DNA of 64,000 bases from Dehalococcoidia bacterium. Lineage in GTDB: Bacteria > Chloroflexota > Dehalococcoidia > UBA2979. A program made the translations under genes and the position numbers. The notes beneath the pieces are model-generated. The model was not told where the DNA came from. It saw only the letters and a list, made by a program, of their open reading frames with translations, and ran no database searches. This document shows, one piece after another, positions 39,068-49,405 of this stretch; positions within the stretch are counted from its first letter, which is position 1; each line of letters opens with the position of its first letter. The stretch lies in the NCBI GenBank assembly GCA_963667465.2, contig CAXXDN010000002.1:1840565-1904564 (forward strand), in the 5' to 3' direction.

Positions 39068-40663
39068 CTAGCCGGCGTCCGCCGCGCGTGCCTCGGCGGG
39101 GCCGTTGACGCGGTCGAACAGCTCGCCGATCTCACCATCCGGAGCGGGCGTCAGCAGTGTGACCAGCACGGCTGCCGGTGTCGCGATCAGGCAGCCTGGC
39201 GTGGCCGGCTGGATCGTCCAGAGGCCGCCCGCGTCCGCCTGCATCACCTCCCACAGACCGTCGAGCGCACCGATCGGCGCGCTCGCCTCGGCGCCCAGCG
39301 GCAGCAGCCACCAGAGGGTGGCGACCAGAGTGCCGACCGTGATCGACGTGAGGGCCCCCCAGAAGTTGAAGCGCCGCCAGTAGAGGGCGAGCAGCGTCGC
39401 GGGCCCGAAGGCCGCTCCCATCCCTCCCCAGGCCAGCGAGACGAGGTTGAAGACCGAGTCCGGGTAGTAGACGGAGAAGATGGCCGCGATCGAGCCGACG
39501 ACGAGCAGCATCAACCGGCCGATCCAGACGCGGGCGCCGGTCCGGAGCGCGTTGCTCAGGCGCTTCATGAGCGGCATGTCGCCCGTCGCAATGGCGGAGG
39601 CCAGCAGCAGTTGCGAATCCGCGGTACTCATGACAGCCGCGATCACCGCCGTGAGCAGCAGGCCCGCCACGACCGGATGGAAGAACTCCGTGGACGTGAT
39701 CAGGTAGACGCGCTCCGGATCGGCGGTTACCTGGTCGAGCAACCCGCGCTCGCCGAGCGCCGGCACGGCCACGACGCCCAACAACAGACCGAAACCGAAC
39801 ATGAGGACCACCCAGGACACGCCGATGTTGCGGCTGCGGGGGATGCTCTCCTCCCGATCGATCGCCATCAGGCGGGCGAGGACGCGCTGCGAACCGAGGG
39901 CGCCCAAGCCCCAGCCAGCGCTCGAGAGGATGAACACGAGGCCGATCACGTCGCCGGACGGATCGGTGAAGGGGTTCCAGAACCCTTCGCCGGTCGAACC
40001 GAGGCCCTGGAACGGATCTTCGGTCAGGACGATCAACATCAGCGGCAGCAGGATGAAGCCACCCAGCATCATCAGCGACTGGAAGACATCGGTACGGGAG
40101 ACGGCCAGGAAGCCGCCGATGAAGGTGTACGTGGTGATCGCGACCAGCGTGATGAGGACGCCCAGCCAGTGGTACTCCTCGTGGCTGAAGTCGAAGACTT
40201 CCTCGAGGAGCTTCGCGCCGGCGATCAGGCCGGAGCTGACGTAGAAGACGATGAAGAAGACGGTGATGAGCGCCGCGACGGTGCGCAGCGTCCCGGTCCG
40301 GTCCTGGAAGCGCTTCTCGAAGAACTCGGGAATGGTAAGCGAGTCCTCGGTGGCGACGGTGTAGCGGCGGAGGCGCCGTCCCATCACCGTCCAGACCAGC
40401 CAGGCGCCGAGCGCGATGCCGGCCGCCGTCCAGAGGTGGATCAGCCCGGACGCGAAGGCGAGCGCGGGGAAGACCAGCATGGTCCAGCCGCTGGCCGTCG
40501 AGGATGCGGCGCTCAGCGCCGAGGTAATCGTCCCCATCTTGCGACCGCCCAACACGTAGTCGGACATGTCGTCCATGTGCCTGGCGCGCACGACCGCGAT
40601 GCCGATCAGGACCGCGAAGTAGGCGATGAAGACGAACAACACCCAGTAGGCGAAGGTGGTCAA
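39068..40663 (-). CDS. putP: Sodium/proline symporter
   Basis: DYVLGGR, SGW, TFIGGFLAVSRTD, AAVMSTADSQLL. Confidence 0.88.
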   Translation of the reverse strand: MTTFAYWVLFVFIAYFAVLIGIAVVRARHMDDMSDYVLGGRKMGTITSALSAASSTASGWTMLVFPALAFASGLIHLWTAAGIALGAWLVWTVMGRRLRRYTVATEDSLTIPEFFEKRFQDRTGTLRTVAALITVFFIVFYVSSGLIAGAKLLEEVFDFSHEEYHWLGVLITLVAITTYTFIGGFLAVSRTDVFQSLMMLGGFILLPLMLIVLTEDPFQGLGSTGEGFWNPFTDPSGDVIGLVFILSSAGWGLGALGSQRVLARLMAIDREESIPRSRNIGVSWVVLMFGFGLLLGVVAVPALGERGLLDQVTADPERVYLITSTEFFHPVVAGLLLTAVIAAVMSTADSQLLLASAIATGDMPLMKRLSNALRTGARVWIGRLMLLVVGSIAAIFSVYYPDSVFNLVSLAWGGMGAAFGPATLLALYWRRFNFWGALTSITVGTLVATLWWLLPLGAEASAPIGALDGLWEVMQADAGGLWTIQPATPGCLIATPAAVLVTLLTPAPDGEIGELFDRVNGPAEARAADAG

Positions 40664-40963
40664 GCCGAGCTCCCCGGAGTGCCTCGCCCCGCGCCCGGGA
40701 CCGGATACCGCAGCGCGGTCCTATGGCGATCGAGTATCGATCGAGGCGCGTTCTCGGGCTACCCGCGGTCCTCGGCGCACCGCGGCGCGCCAGAGTTGCA
40801 AGGCCACGGAGCAGCCGCTGAGGCGCCTGATCTTCCTTCGGCATCCGATTTGTGCGATCGTTAATCGCGTGCGGACCGGGGGGACCGCCCGCAGGCGCGG
40901 TTGGGACACAACGGCTGCGCGCGCCGGCTACGAGAGCGGCGCCGCACAACCCCCGGAGACGGC

Positions 40964-41914
40964 ATGAACGCCCTTCGAGAGATCATCGATACGATGGCAC
41001 GCACGATCGGCCACGCCCTGGCGTGGTGGGACCAGCAGTCGCTGACCACGCGCTGGTCGGCGCTCGGCGTCGTGCTCGGAGTCCTGCTCGGCGTCGTGAT
41101 CGCCTTCACATTCTCCGGCGGCGGAGGCGGGCCCGCCGTCGTCGTCACCCCTGCCACTCCGGCCGCGACGCCCGTAGTCGCTGCTACCGCAACGCCCACG
41201 CCGACGCCATCCTCCAGCGCCGAGGCGACCGCGACAGCGGCGCCGGCCACCACGGCCACAGCGCCGCCGCCGACCCCCACCACGACAGCAACGCCGGCCG
41301 GGACGGCGGGGCCGGCAGAGACCCCCACCCCGACGGAAACACCCGAGGCGACCGCCACGCCGGCGCCGGAGGTTCCCACTTACTTCACGCTCGAGTCGCT
41401 GCACGCGGCCCTCGGCGAGGCGCCGGACGCGACGCTGGGGCGGCTGCGTATCCCGATCATCGGCGTCGACGCCGCGCTGGGGCAGCGTCTTGTGTCCGGC
41501 GGCCAGATGCAGAACCCGACGGGACCAAGCGACGTGGTCTGGTACGACCTCTCGCCCTGGGAGGGGCTCGGCGGAACGCCGGGAGCGGGCGGCAACGCCG
41601 TGTTCTCCGGGCACGTCGACTACAGCGCGAGGGTCCCGTGGGCGAACGCCCGCTACCAGGGGGACGGCATCTTCCGGAACCTGCCGCTCCTTGCCACGGG
41701 CGACGTGATCGAGGTCGAGATCGGCGGCCAGACGCTGCGCTACGCGGTGGTGTGGCAGCGCCAGGTCAAGGCCAACTCCAACACGGCGGAGATCCTCACC
41801 GCGGACGTGCCGGTGGATAGCATCACGCTGATCACCTGTGGCGGGGATTTCGACAGCACGGCGAGGAGCTACGAGGACCGTATCGTCATCCGTGCGGAGC
41901 GCATCGGGACGTAA
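40964..41914 (+). CDS. Class F-like sortase with Pro/Thr-rich stalk
   Basis: N-terminal TM; LRIPIIGVDA, FSGHVD (His), ITLITCGG (TLxTC), DRIVIRA (Arg). Confidence 0.88.
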   Translation: MNALREIIDTMARTIGHALAWWDQQSLTTRWSALGVVLGVLLGVVIAFTFSGGGGGPAVVVTPATPAATPVVAATATPTPTPSSSAEATATAAPATTATAPPPTPTTTATPAGTAGPAETPTPTETPEATATPAPEVPTYFTLESLHAALGEAPDATLGRLRIPIIGVDAALGQRLVSGGQMQNPTGPSDVVWYDLSPWEGLGGTPGAGGNAVFSGHVDYSARVPWANARYQGDGIFRNLPLLATGDVIEVEIGGQTLRYAVVWQRQVKANSNTAEILTADVPVDSITLITCGGDFDSTARSYEDRIVIRAERIGT

Positions 41915-41965
41915 GGCGGACGAGCTTCCCGGCAGCGCGGCCCGTCTCGAGAAACGTGAGACAGC

Positions 41966-42056
41966 TGGCGGAGAGGGTGGGATTCGAACCCACGAGAGGG
42001 TGTTACCCTCTACCCGCTTTCCAGGCGAGCCTGATCAGCCACTCCAGCACCTCTCC
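41966..42056 (-). tRNA. tRNA-Ser(GGA)
   Basis: GGAGAGG...CTCTCCGCCA acceptor stem, long variable arm, anticodon loop CT-GGA-AA. Confidence 0.95.
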
Positions 42057-42086
42057 GCGAGGTGAACGCTCGGGTTGCGCGCGGGC

Positions 42087-42172
42087 TGGCGGAGAGGGTG
42101 GGATTCGAACCCACGAGGCTTGCGCCTACCGCTTTTCGAGAGCGGCACCTTAAACCACTCGGACACCTCTCC
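42087..42172 (-). tRNA. tRNA-Ser(CGA)
   Basis: GGAGAGG...CTCTCCGCCA acceptor stem, anticodon arm CCGCT-CTCGAAA-AGCGG. Confidence 0.95.
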
Positions 42173-42285
42173 GCTGACCAGTATATGGGACTGGCCCGCT
42201 AGCGCCCTCGCTGCCGATTACGCAGCGGGCCGGCCCGTTTCTGCTAACGTATTTTCGCCCGAAGCGTCGATCGAGGACGCCTGCA

Positions 42286-43692
42286 GTGATGACTTACGAC
42301 TACGACATGGTGGTGATCGGTTCCGGCCCGGCCGGCCAGCACGCCGCGCTTCAGGCCGCGAAGCTCGCCAGGCGCGTGGCCGTGATCGAGCGCCTGCCCG
42401 ACATTGGCGGGACCGACCTCTCCGCCGGCACCCCGGCCAAGACTCTGCGCGAGGCCGCGATGCACCTCACCGGCTACCGGGAGCGCAACGTCTACGGCAG
42501 CTCCTACGTCGTGAATCAGAACGTCTCGATGAGCGATCTGCTGGTCCGCACGAACTACGTGATGGAGCACCAGGCGCAGATGCTGCGCGCCCAGCTCGCC
42601 AGGAACCGCCTCGAGCTGATCACCGCGGATGCCTCATTCATCGATCGCCACAGCCTGAACCTGTCCGACGACTCAGCCGAGGCGGACCGCACGATCACCG
42701 CCGAGAAGATCGTGGTCGCGGTCGGCACGTCCTCCACCCCGCCCCCGGTGGTCCAGCCTGACGGGCGGTTGATCCTCGTGAGCGACGACGTGCTGAGCCT
42801 CCCCGAGGTGCCTCGCACGCTCACCGTCGTCGGCGCCGGCGCGATTGGCCTGGAGCACGGCAGCACCTTCGCGGCGCTCGGTACCCGCGTGACGCTCGTC
42901 GACCGGGGGAGCCGGCTCCTGCCGTTCGCCGATGACGAGGTGGCGGACGCGCTCGCGTACCAGCTGCGTCAGCACGACGTGACGCTTCGCCTCAACGAGA
43001 ACGTGTTCGACATCGAGTACGTGGTCGGCGAGGCCGAGCCCCGCGTGCGCGTCATGCTCGAGAGCGGAAAGCAGATCGTCAGCCACGCCGTCATGTACTG
43101 CGTCGGGCGGACCGGCAACACCGCGTCGCTGAACCTCGCGGCCGCGGGCCTGGAGGCCGACGAGCGCGGACGCCTCAGCGTGGACGAGAACTACGAGACC
43201 GCGGTGGGAGGCATCTACGCCGTCGGCGGCGTGATCGGGTTCCCGGACCTCGTCTCGACCTCCTACCTGCAGGGCCGCATCGCCGCGCGCCACGCCTTCG
43301 GCCTGCCCGCCGGCGACTACTCGCGGCTCTTTCCCTACACCGTCTACACGATCCCCGAGGTCGCGATGGTCGGCAAGACAGAGTCGGAGCTGACCGAGGA
43401 AGGCGTCGTCTACGAGGTGGGGAAGACCAGCTACCGCGAGTCCGTCCGCAGCATCGTCATGGGCGATGTCGGGGACGGCTTCCTGAAGCTGCTCTTCGAG
43501 ATCGAGTCGCGGAAGCTCCTCGGCGTGCACATCATCGGCGAGGGCGCCTCGGAGATGATCCATCTCGGGCAGGCGGTCATCGCCCACGGCGGCGCCGTCG
43601 ACTACCTCACGGAGTCCGCGATCGGCCACCCGACCTTCGCCCAGTGCTATGCCGCAGCCGCGCTGGACGGGATCGACCGCCTGGGGCTGTGA
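42286..43692 (+). CDS. sthA: Soluble pyridine nucleotide transhydrogenase-like flavoprotein
   Basis: GSGPAG, TPAKTLREA, YTIPEVAMVG, HLGQAVI, HPTFA. Confidence 0.75.
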   Translation: MMTYDYDMVVIGSGPAGQHAALQAAKLARRVAVIERLPDIGGTDLSAGTPAKTLREAAMHLTGYRERNVYGSSYVVNQNVSMSDLLVRTNYVMEHQAQMLRAQLARNRLELITADASFIDRHSLNLSDDSAEADRTITAEKIVVAVGTSSTPPPVVQPDGRLILVSDDVLSLPEVPRTLTVVGAGAIGLEHGSTFAALGTRVTLVDRGSRLLPFADDEVADALAYQLRQHDVTLRLNENVFDIEYVVGEAEPRVRVMLESGKQIVSHAVMYCVGRTGNTASLNLAAAGLEADERGRLSVDENYETAVGGIYAVGGVIGFPDLVSTSYLQGRIAARHAFGLPAGDYSRLFPYTVYTIPEVAMVGKTESELTEEGVVYEVGKTSYRESVRSIVMGDVGDGFLKLLFEIESRKLLGVHIIGEGASEMIHLGQAVIAHGGAVDYLTESAIGHPTFAQCYAAAALDGIDRLGL

Positions 43693-43795
43693 GCCTCCCG
43701 CGCGGTTCGGGCCAGCCGCGGTTCGGACCAGCCGCGAGCGCCGGGGCGCGGCGAACCGGAGTAGACTCCTCGCCAGCGGAGCGAAGGAGCAACAC

Positions 43796-44875
43796 GTGAA
43801 AGCAGCAATCCTCCACGAGGTCGGCGGGCCACTGGTCGTCGAGGACGCCGAAATCGACGACCCTCGCGACGACGAGGTGCTGGTGCGAACCGCGGCCAGC
43901 GGCGTCTGCCACTCCGACTGGCACAACATCATCGGCGACTCACCGATGCCTGTCCCCGCCCTGCTGGGCCACGAGGCGGCCGGCATCGTCGAGGCCGTCG
44001 GCAGCGGCGTGACGTACGTGAAGCCGGGCGACCACGTGATCGCGCGCGGCTCGTTCTGCGGCGCCTGCGAAATGTGCCTGCGAGGGCACGCGAACCTCTG
44101 CCCCACCAAGCCCGGGCGAGATCTCGACCTCAAGCCGTGGCGGATCAGCCTGCGCGGCGAGCGGCTCAATACCTCGCAGTCGAACATCTCGAGCTTCGCC
44201 GAGCAGATGCTGCTCCACGAGAACGGCGTCGTGAAGATCCGCGAGGACATCCCGCTCGACGTCGCGGCGCTGGTCGGCTGCGGCGTGATGACCGGCGTCG
44301 GCGCGGCGCTGCGCACGGCGGCGGTCGAGCCGGGCTCCACGGTCGCCGTGTTCGGCCTCGGCGGAATCGGGCTCTCCGTGGTCCAGGGCGCGCGCATTGC
44401 CGGCGCACTGCGCATCATCGCCGTCGACCTGATCGACGAGAAGCTGGACGTCGCCCGCGAGTTCGGCGCGACCGACACCGTGAACGGCAAGACGCAGGAT
44501 GCTGTCGAGGCGATTCGTGCGCTGACCGGCGGCGGCGTCGACTACTCGTTCGACGCGATCGGGCTGGCCAGCGTTGTGGAGCAGTCGATCCAGGTCCTGC
44601 GTCCGCGCGGGACGGCCACGATGATCGGCGTCGTACCCGATGGCCAGAAGGTTGAGGTGGACTGGCGCATGCTGGGCGGCGAAAAGAAGCTCCAGTCCTG
44701 CAACATGGGCTCGACACGCTTCCGCATCGACATGCCGATGCTGCTCGACCTCTACAGCCAGGGCCGCCTCATGATTGACGAGATGATCACCCTCCGGGGC
44801 CCGCTGGACGACATCAACGAGATGTTCGACTCGATGGCCTCAGGTGCGGTCACGCGCCAGGTGATCATGTTCTGA
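43796..44875 (+). CDS. Zn-dependent alcohol dehydrogenase
   Basis: CHSD, GHEAAG, CGACEMC...C, GLGGIG. Confidence 0.92.
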   Translation: MKAAILHEVGGPLVVEDAEIDDPRDDEVLVRTAASGVCHSDWHNIIGDSPMPVPALLGHEAAGIVEAVGSGVTYVKPGDHVIARGSFCGACEMCLRGHANLCPTKPGRDLDLKPWRISLRGERLNTSQSNISSFAEQMLLHENGVVKIREDIPLDVAALVGCGVMTGVGAALRTAAVEPGSTVAVFGLGGIGLSVVQGARIAGALRIIAVDLIDEKLDVAREFGATDTVNGKTQDAVEAIRALTGGGVDYSFDAIGLASVVEQSIQVLRPRGTATMIGVVPDGQKVEVDWRMLGGEKKLQSCNMGSTRFRIDMPMLLDLYSQGRLMIDEMITLRGPLDDINEMFDSMASGAVTRQVIMF

Positions 44876-44883
44876 GGGGATCG

Positions 44884-44936
44884 GAAGGGGATCCGGCCCC
44901 CTCTCCCCTCGCGGGAGAGGGCGGGGGTGAGGGGGC
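44884..44936. repeat. REP-like palindrome CCCTCACCCCCGCCCTCTCCCGCGAGGGGAGAGGG, first of many copies
   Basis: Further copies near 47590-47740, 52150-52270, 52650-52760, 54640-54745, 59340-59750, 62940-63268. Confidence 0.85.
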
Positions 44937-44983
44937 GCCGCGCGCCAGCGCGGCCAGCGAGGGCAGGCGATGGCGGACACGAA

Positions 44984-45011
44984 GAAGCGCCCCCGGCAAC
45001 GGGGGCGCTTC
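44984..45011 (-). terminator. Hairpin terminator after cassette A
   Basis: GAAGCGCCCCC-N6-GGGGGCGCTTC; equivalent hairpins at 52073-52103, 54789-54819, 62862-62892. Confidence 0.75.
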
Positions 45012-45065
45012 GCAATCGGCGGGGCGCCGGGACGCCCGAGGGCGGTCCGCGGCGAGGGCCGAGGG

Positions 45066-45584
45066 TTAGCTGACGCGGCGCGTGGCGAGGCGCGCGGCGG
45101 CGAGGCCGGCGAGCGCGAGGCTGCCGAGGGCCAGCGCGAGCAGCGAGGAGCTGCCAGCGCTGCCGACGAGGCCGGCGTTGCCGGTGTCAGGCTCTGCCGG
45201 CAGATCGGGCATGGCGCCGTCGTCGGGCATGGCGGCGACGGTCAGGGTGACCTCGGAGGAGTCGCCGGCGGACCACGTTGCGGTCTGCTCGGCGGCGTCG
45301 CCGTTGACCGAGAAGCTGACGGTGGCGCCGTCCTCGGCCGAACAGTCGGCCTCGCGGACCTGGACGATCCACTCGCCAGCGGCGTTGACCGTGGTGCTGG
45401 CGCACTCGGTGCCGTCGATCCAGGCGGCGACGGTGTCGCCCTCGGCGAGGCCGGTGCCGTAGTACTGCGCCACGTCCGGGCCCTGCGCGTGTGCGGTGTG
45501 GAAGCCGAGCGCAAGCGGGCCGAGCAGCAGCGCGAGGAGCGCCGCGGCGAAGCCGAGCCTGGCCGGTCCAATCGTTCGAATCAT
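45066..45584 (-). CDS. Cassette A companion: small secreted PxTG sortase-substrate-like protein
   Basis: Signal ending AHA-Q; EPDTGNAG, hydrophobic helix, RLATRRVS tail; RBS AAGGAG. Confidence 0.85.
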   Translation of the reverse strand: MIRTIGPARLGFAAALLALLLGPLALGFHTAHAQGPDVAQYYGTGLAEGDTVAAWIDGTECASTTVNAAGEWIVQVREADCSAEDGATVSFSVNGDAAEQTATWSAGDSSEVTLTVAAMPDDGAMPDLPAEPDTGNAGLVGSAGSSSLLALALGSLALAGLAAARLATRRVS

Positions 45585-45717
45585 TCGGTTTCTCCTTGCC
45601 GGGCTTGCCGGGCTTGCTGGGGAGTGGAATACGGTTCCCCGGAACCCCGGCCGAAGCCGGGATCCCGGGGTCCGTCGCTACTCCGTTGGAGTTCTCAGAC
45701 CGGAGCGCTTGCGCGCT

Positions 45718-47577
45718 CTAGCCCTCGTCCCCCATGGCGTCCATCTCACACTCGCTGAAGAAGACAGCCGTCATGCCGAAGCCATCAGCCCACGCCGCCT
45801 CGAACGGGCTATTGGCGATCGCCACTGTAACGGTGGTGCTGTACGCGGCCGGCCACGAGCCGTCGCTCGCCTGGACCCAGTAGGTCGCACCGCCGGGGCA
45901 CTCCGCCTCGGCAGCCGCGGCGAGATCTGCGACCGAGCCGCCGCTGAACGAAGCGATCGACGGGGACAGGAAGCTGAGAGCGTCGCCGTCAGGCATGGCC
46001 GGCATGTCCGGCTCCTCCGGCATCGCCTCGCCGACGGTCAGCGTGATGATGTCCCTGATCGCGCCAGTATCGGTACCGGCGATGACGCGGAAGACAACTT
46101 GACCTTCGAGGCCGGCGGCGTAGCTGAACTTCGCCGTGCCGTTCTTGGTCTGCGCACCGTCCATCGTCGCCGCACCCTCGGCGAGGCCGTCGCCGGCGAC
46201 CTTGATCACGTTGATGTCGGTCTCGCCGACGAGGACACCCTCGTCGTCACGCACCGTCACCGTGATCGTGGTGTCGCTCAGCGGGTCGACGTACTCGGGA
46301 GCATCGCTCTCGATGCTGGCCGGCCCACCGGCGACCGTGATCTCGACCGAAGCCGTGAGCTTGGCCAGCGCGAAGTTGAGGGTGTGGATGCCGCGAGTCG
46401 CGGCCTGATCCCCGGCAGTGCCCGGATCCTCGGGCGGAGCCATCACCATGACGATGCACTGGCCATCGTCGTTCGTACCGGACGATCCGAGCGATAGAGC
46501 CGGATCGTCATCATTCACCGGTGCTTCCGTAACCGGCTCGTGCACGTCACAGGCCGGGATGACGACCTTGCCGTCCTTCTCCCGGTTGGTGCCGAAGTCG
46601 GTCGTGACCTTGTTCGACTTCTCGGCGGGACCGACGACGTCATCCTTCGCCGCCCCGGTGGGCTCCACGCCCTTGACGGGGCTGCCCCCGGAGTCGGTGA
46701 CGGTCAGGACGACCGCGACCGTGCCACCCTGCTCAACCGAGCCCTGGTCGGCCTCGGCGGACAGGTTCTTGGCGTCGCCGTAGAACGTCACGTTGACGCT
46801 CGCCGGGTCGAGGGTGGCGTGGGTGATCGTGATCGTCGCGGGGCCCTCGCGGCCACCGCCGATGAGGGTGACCGTGGCCCGACCCTCAGTGACGTCAGCC
46901 GTGGCCGGGTCGTCGACAGTGTTGGCCTGACACACCTGCGAGGGTGCGTCGCCGCCATCGCCGTCGCAGTCGAGCAGACCAAGCGTGGTGATGAAGGTGA
47001 GGGTCTCATCGACAACTTCTGCGGCCGGATCCTGGTCGTTCTTGACCGTGGCCATGATCGTGGTCTGGTCCGAATCGCCGTCGTCGTCAGCGGCCGCGAC
47101 CGTGGTCGAGGTGGGCTGGGCAGTCAGCGAAGCCGGCTGCGGCAGCGTTTCGACCTCGACGGACTGGTAGGTGACGGCCGGGCCGTCCGAAGCCAGAACG
47201 TTGGTGACCTTCAGCAGGATGAATCCATCCGCCGAGTCAGAATCGACGTCGACCACGATGAAGATGTCGCCGTCGACCTTCTCGTTCGGCGTGCTCGCCG
47301 AGCTATCGGTGTCTTCGCCAACGTCACACTTGCCGTTGTCGTTACAGACGATGCTCTGTTCGCCATTGAAGCCGAAGCTGCCGCTCGCCGTACTCAGCGC
47401 ATCGATCTCGACGCGCACGACGCCCGTACCGTCGGACGGGTTGGCGGCGATCTCGACCGTCATGCTCTTGCCCGGCTCCACCGCTTCAGCGGTCGAGGAG
47501 ACGGACAGCAGCACGGCGAGCGCTACCGCGAAGGCGGCGGCGACGGTGAGGCCGTAGGCTCCCAACTTTGTTACGTA
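45718..47577 (-). CDS. Cassette A: start-less (silent) S-layer-like surface protein
   Basis: Open frame from conserved [12 protein letters not shown] signal peptide; acidic, T/V/A/G/D-rich; no canonical in-frame start near the junction. Confidence 0.8.
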   Translation of the reverse strand, partial: YVTKLGAYGLTVAAAFAVALAVLLSVSSTAEAVEPGKSMTVEIAANPSDGTGVVRVEIDALSTASGSFGFNGEQSIVCNDNGKCDVGEDTDSSASTPNEKVDGDIFIVVDVDSDSADGFILLKVTNVLASDGPAVTYQSVEVETLPQPASLTAQPTSTTVAAADDDGDSDQTTIMATVKNDQDPAAEVVDETLTFITTLGLLDCDGDGGDAPSQVCQANTVDDPATADVTEGRATVTLIGGGREGPATITITHATLDPASVNVTFYGDAKNLSAEADQGSVEQGGTVAVVLTVTDSGGSPVKGVEPTGAAKDDVVGPAEKSNKVTTDFGTNREKDGKVVIPACDVHEPVTEAPVNDDDPALSLGSSGTNDDGQCIVMVMAPPEDPGTAGDQAATRGIHTLNFALAKLTASVEITVAGGPASIESDAPEYVDPLSDTTITVTVRDDEGVLVGETDINVIKVAGDGLAEGAATMDGAQTKNGTAKFSYAAGLEGQVVFRVIAGTDTGAIRDIITLTVGEAMPEEPDMPAMPDGDALSFLSPSIASFSGGSVADLAAAAEAECPGGATYWVQASDGSWPAAYSTTVTVAIANSPFEAAWADGFGMTAVFFSECEMDAMGDEG

Positions 47578-47768
47578 TTCAATTGCGACCCCCCTCAACC
47601 CCCGCCCTCTCCCGCGAGGGAAGAGGGGGCCGGATCGGGCTTCGGATCCCCTCCTGCGGCGGGCGGCGGACCCCCTCACCCCCGCCCTCTCCCGCGAGGG
47701 GAGAGGGAGCCGGATCCCCGGTCCGATCCCCTCTCCCCCGGCGCTGCCGGAGGGGGCTATAGTGCGGC

Positions 47769-48809
47769 ATGGCCGAGCGAGCCAGTGCCGATAGAGCCAG
47801 TGTCGATGGAGCCAGTGCCGAACGCCGCCCCAACATCCCGCTGCTGAGCGCCGCCTGCTGCAGCCCCGGCCGCGCTACCCCCGCCGGGCGAGGGCGCGCC
47901 CTCGCCGGACCTGCCGCTCGCCGCGCCAGCCCCCGGCGCCGCGGCGGAGCTGGCGCGGCTGCCGGGCGGCACGTTCCTGATGGGCGCTGACGATGCGGAA
48001 GGCTTCCCGGACGACGGCGAGGGCCCCGTGCGCCGCGTCGCCCTGCGCCCCTTCGCCATCGACGTCGCCGCCGTCACCAATGCGCAGTTCGAGGAGTTCG
48101 TCGCTGCCTCGGGCTACCGCACGGACGCCGAGCGCTACGGCTGGTCGTTCGTCTTCAACCAGTTCCTGCCGGAGGACGCCCCCGCCGACGCGCGCGCTGG
48201 CCTCGCAGCCGTGGTGGCGGCAGGTCTTCGGCGCGGACTGGCGGCGCCCGGAGGGCCCCGGCTCGCGCCTCGCGGGCCGCATGGACCATCCGGTGGTGCA
48301 TGTCTCCTGGCAGGACGCGACGGCCTACTGCGCGTGGGCGGGCGCGCGCCTGCCGAGCGAGGCGGAGTGGGAGTACGCGGCGCGCGGGGGCCTCGAGGGC
48401 CGTCGCTACCCCTGGGGCGACGAGCTGCAGCCCGGCGGCGAGCAGCGCTGCAACATCTGGCAGGGCGAGTTTCCGGAGCGCAACACGGCGGACGACGGCT
48501 ACCCGGGAACCGCGCCCGCGCGCGCCTTCGCGCCGAACGGCTACGGCCTCTACAACACCGCGGGCAACGTCTGGGAGTGGTGCGCGGACTGGTTCAGCCC
48601 GGACTACCACCAGCGCAACGGCGGCGCCGCCGGCGTGGTCGCGAACCCCCTCCGGTCCGCCCGAGGGCGCGGCGCGCGTGATCCGCGGCGGCTCGTACCT
48701 CTGCCACCGTTCGTACTGCAACCGCTATCGTGTAGCCGCGCGCAGCTCGAACACACCCGACAGTTCGGCCGGCAACACCGGCTTCCGCTGCGTACGGGAC
48801 GCAGGGTAG
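47769..48809 (+). CDS. Formylglycine-generating enzyme (FGE/SUMF1), frameshifted in this sequence
   Basis: [50 protein letters not shown] spread over several frames. Confidence 0.85.
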
Positions 48810-48896
48810 TCCGGAGCAGGGTAGTCCGGAGCAGGGTAGCCCGGAGCAGGGCAGCCCGGAGCAGGACAGCCCGGAGCAGGACAGTCCGGAGCAGGG
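48801..48896 (+). repeat. 15-bp tandem repeat, about 6.4 units
   Basis: GCAGG(G/A)(T/C)AG(T/C)CCGGA units. Confidence 0.9.
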
Positions 48897-48898
48897 AG

Positions 48899-49325
48899 AT
48901 GCTGATGAGCAGCGAAGACAGGCTCGCGATCCTCGAGGTGATCGCCCACTACTCGCGGACCTACGACGGCCAGGACGCGGACGGCTACGCGGAGCTGTTC
49001 ACGGAGGACGCTCGCTTCGAGGTCTACGCCGGTCGCGAGCAGCCGCTGGTCCACAAGGAGGGCCGCGAGGCGAGTCCGCGAGTGGGCGCGCGCCCTCCAC
49101 GAGGAGATGCCCGAGGGCTACCAGAGCCGTCACCACCAGACCGGCACGATCTTCGAGGAGCTGGGCCCCGACACCGCCCGCACGACGACCATGCTCCTGG
49201 GCACGCGCCGCTACCCCGGCGACACGTCGCCTCGCGTCAGCGGCACCGGCAGCTACCACGACGAGTGGCGCAAGACCCCGGACGGCTGGCGCTTCGCCAG
49301 TCGCGCCGTGCATATGGACGCCTAG
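48899..49325 (+). CDS. SnoaL/NTF2-like protein, frameshifted
   Basis: [13 protein letters not shown]...LFTEDA, then [14 protein letters not shown] in another frame. Confidence 0.7.
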
Positions 49326-49405
49326 CCCGGCCCCCTTCCGATCCCCTCCTGCGCCGGGCGTCGGACCCCCTCACCCCCGCGGGGGTGGAGGGGGTCGCAA
49401 TTGAA

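Noticed and set aside
41966-42172. Repeated sequence read as an att duplication
   Set aside because: Both copies are complete tRNA-Ser genes with different anticodons.
48801-48896. Possible CRISPR array
   Set aside because: Contiguous 15-bp units with no unique spacers, and no cas genes in the window.
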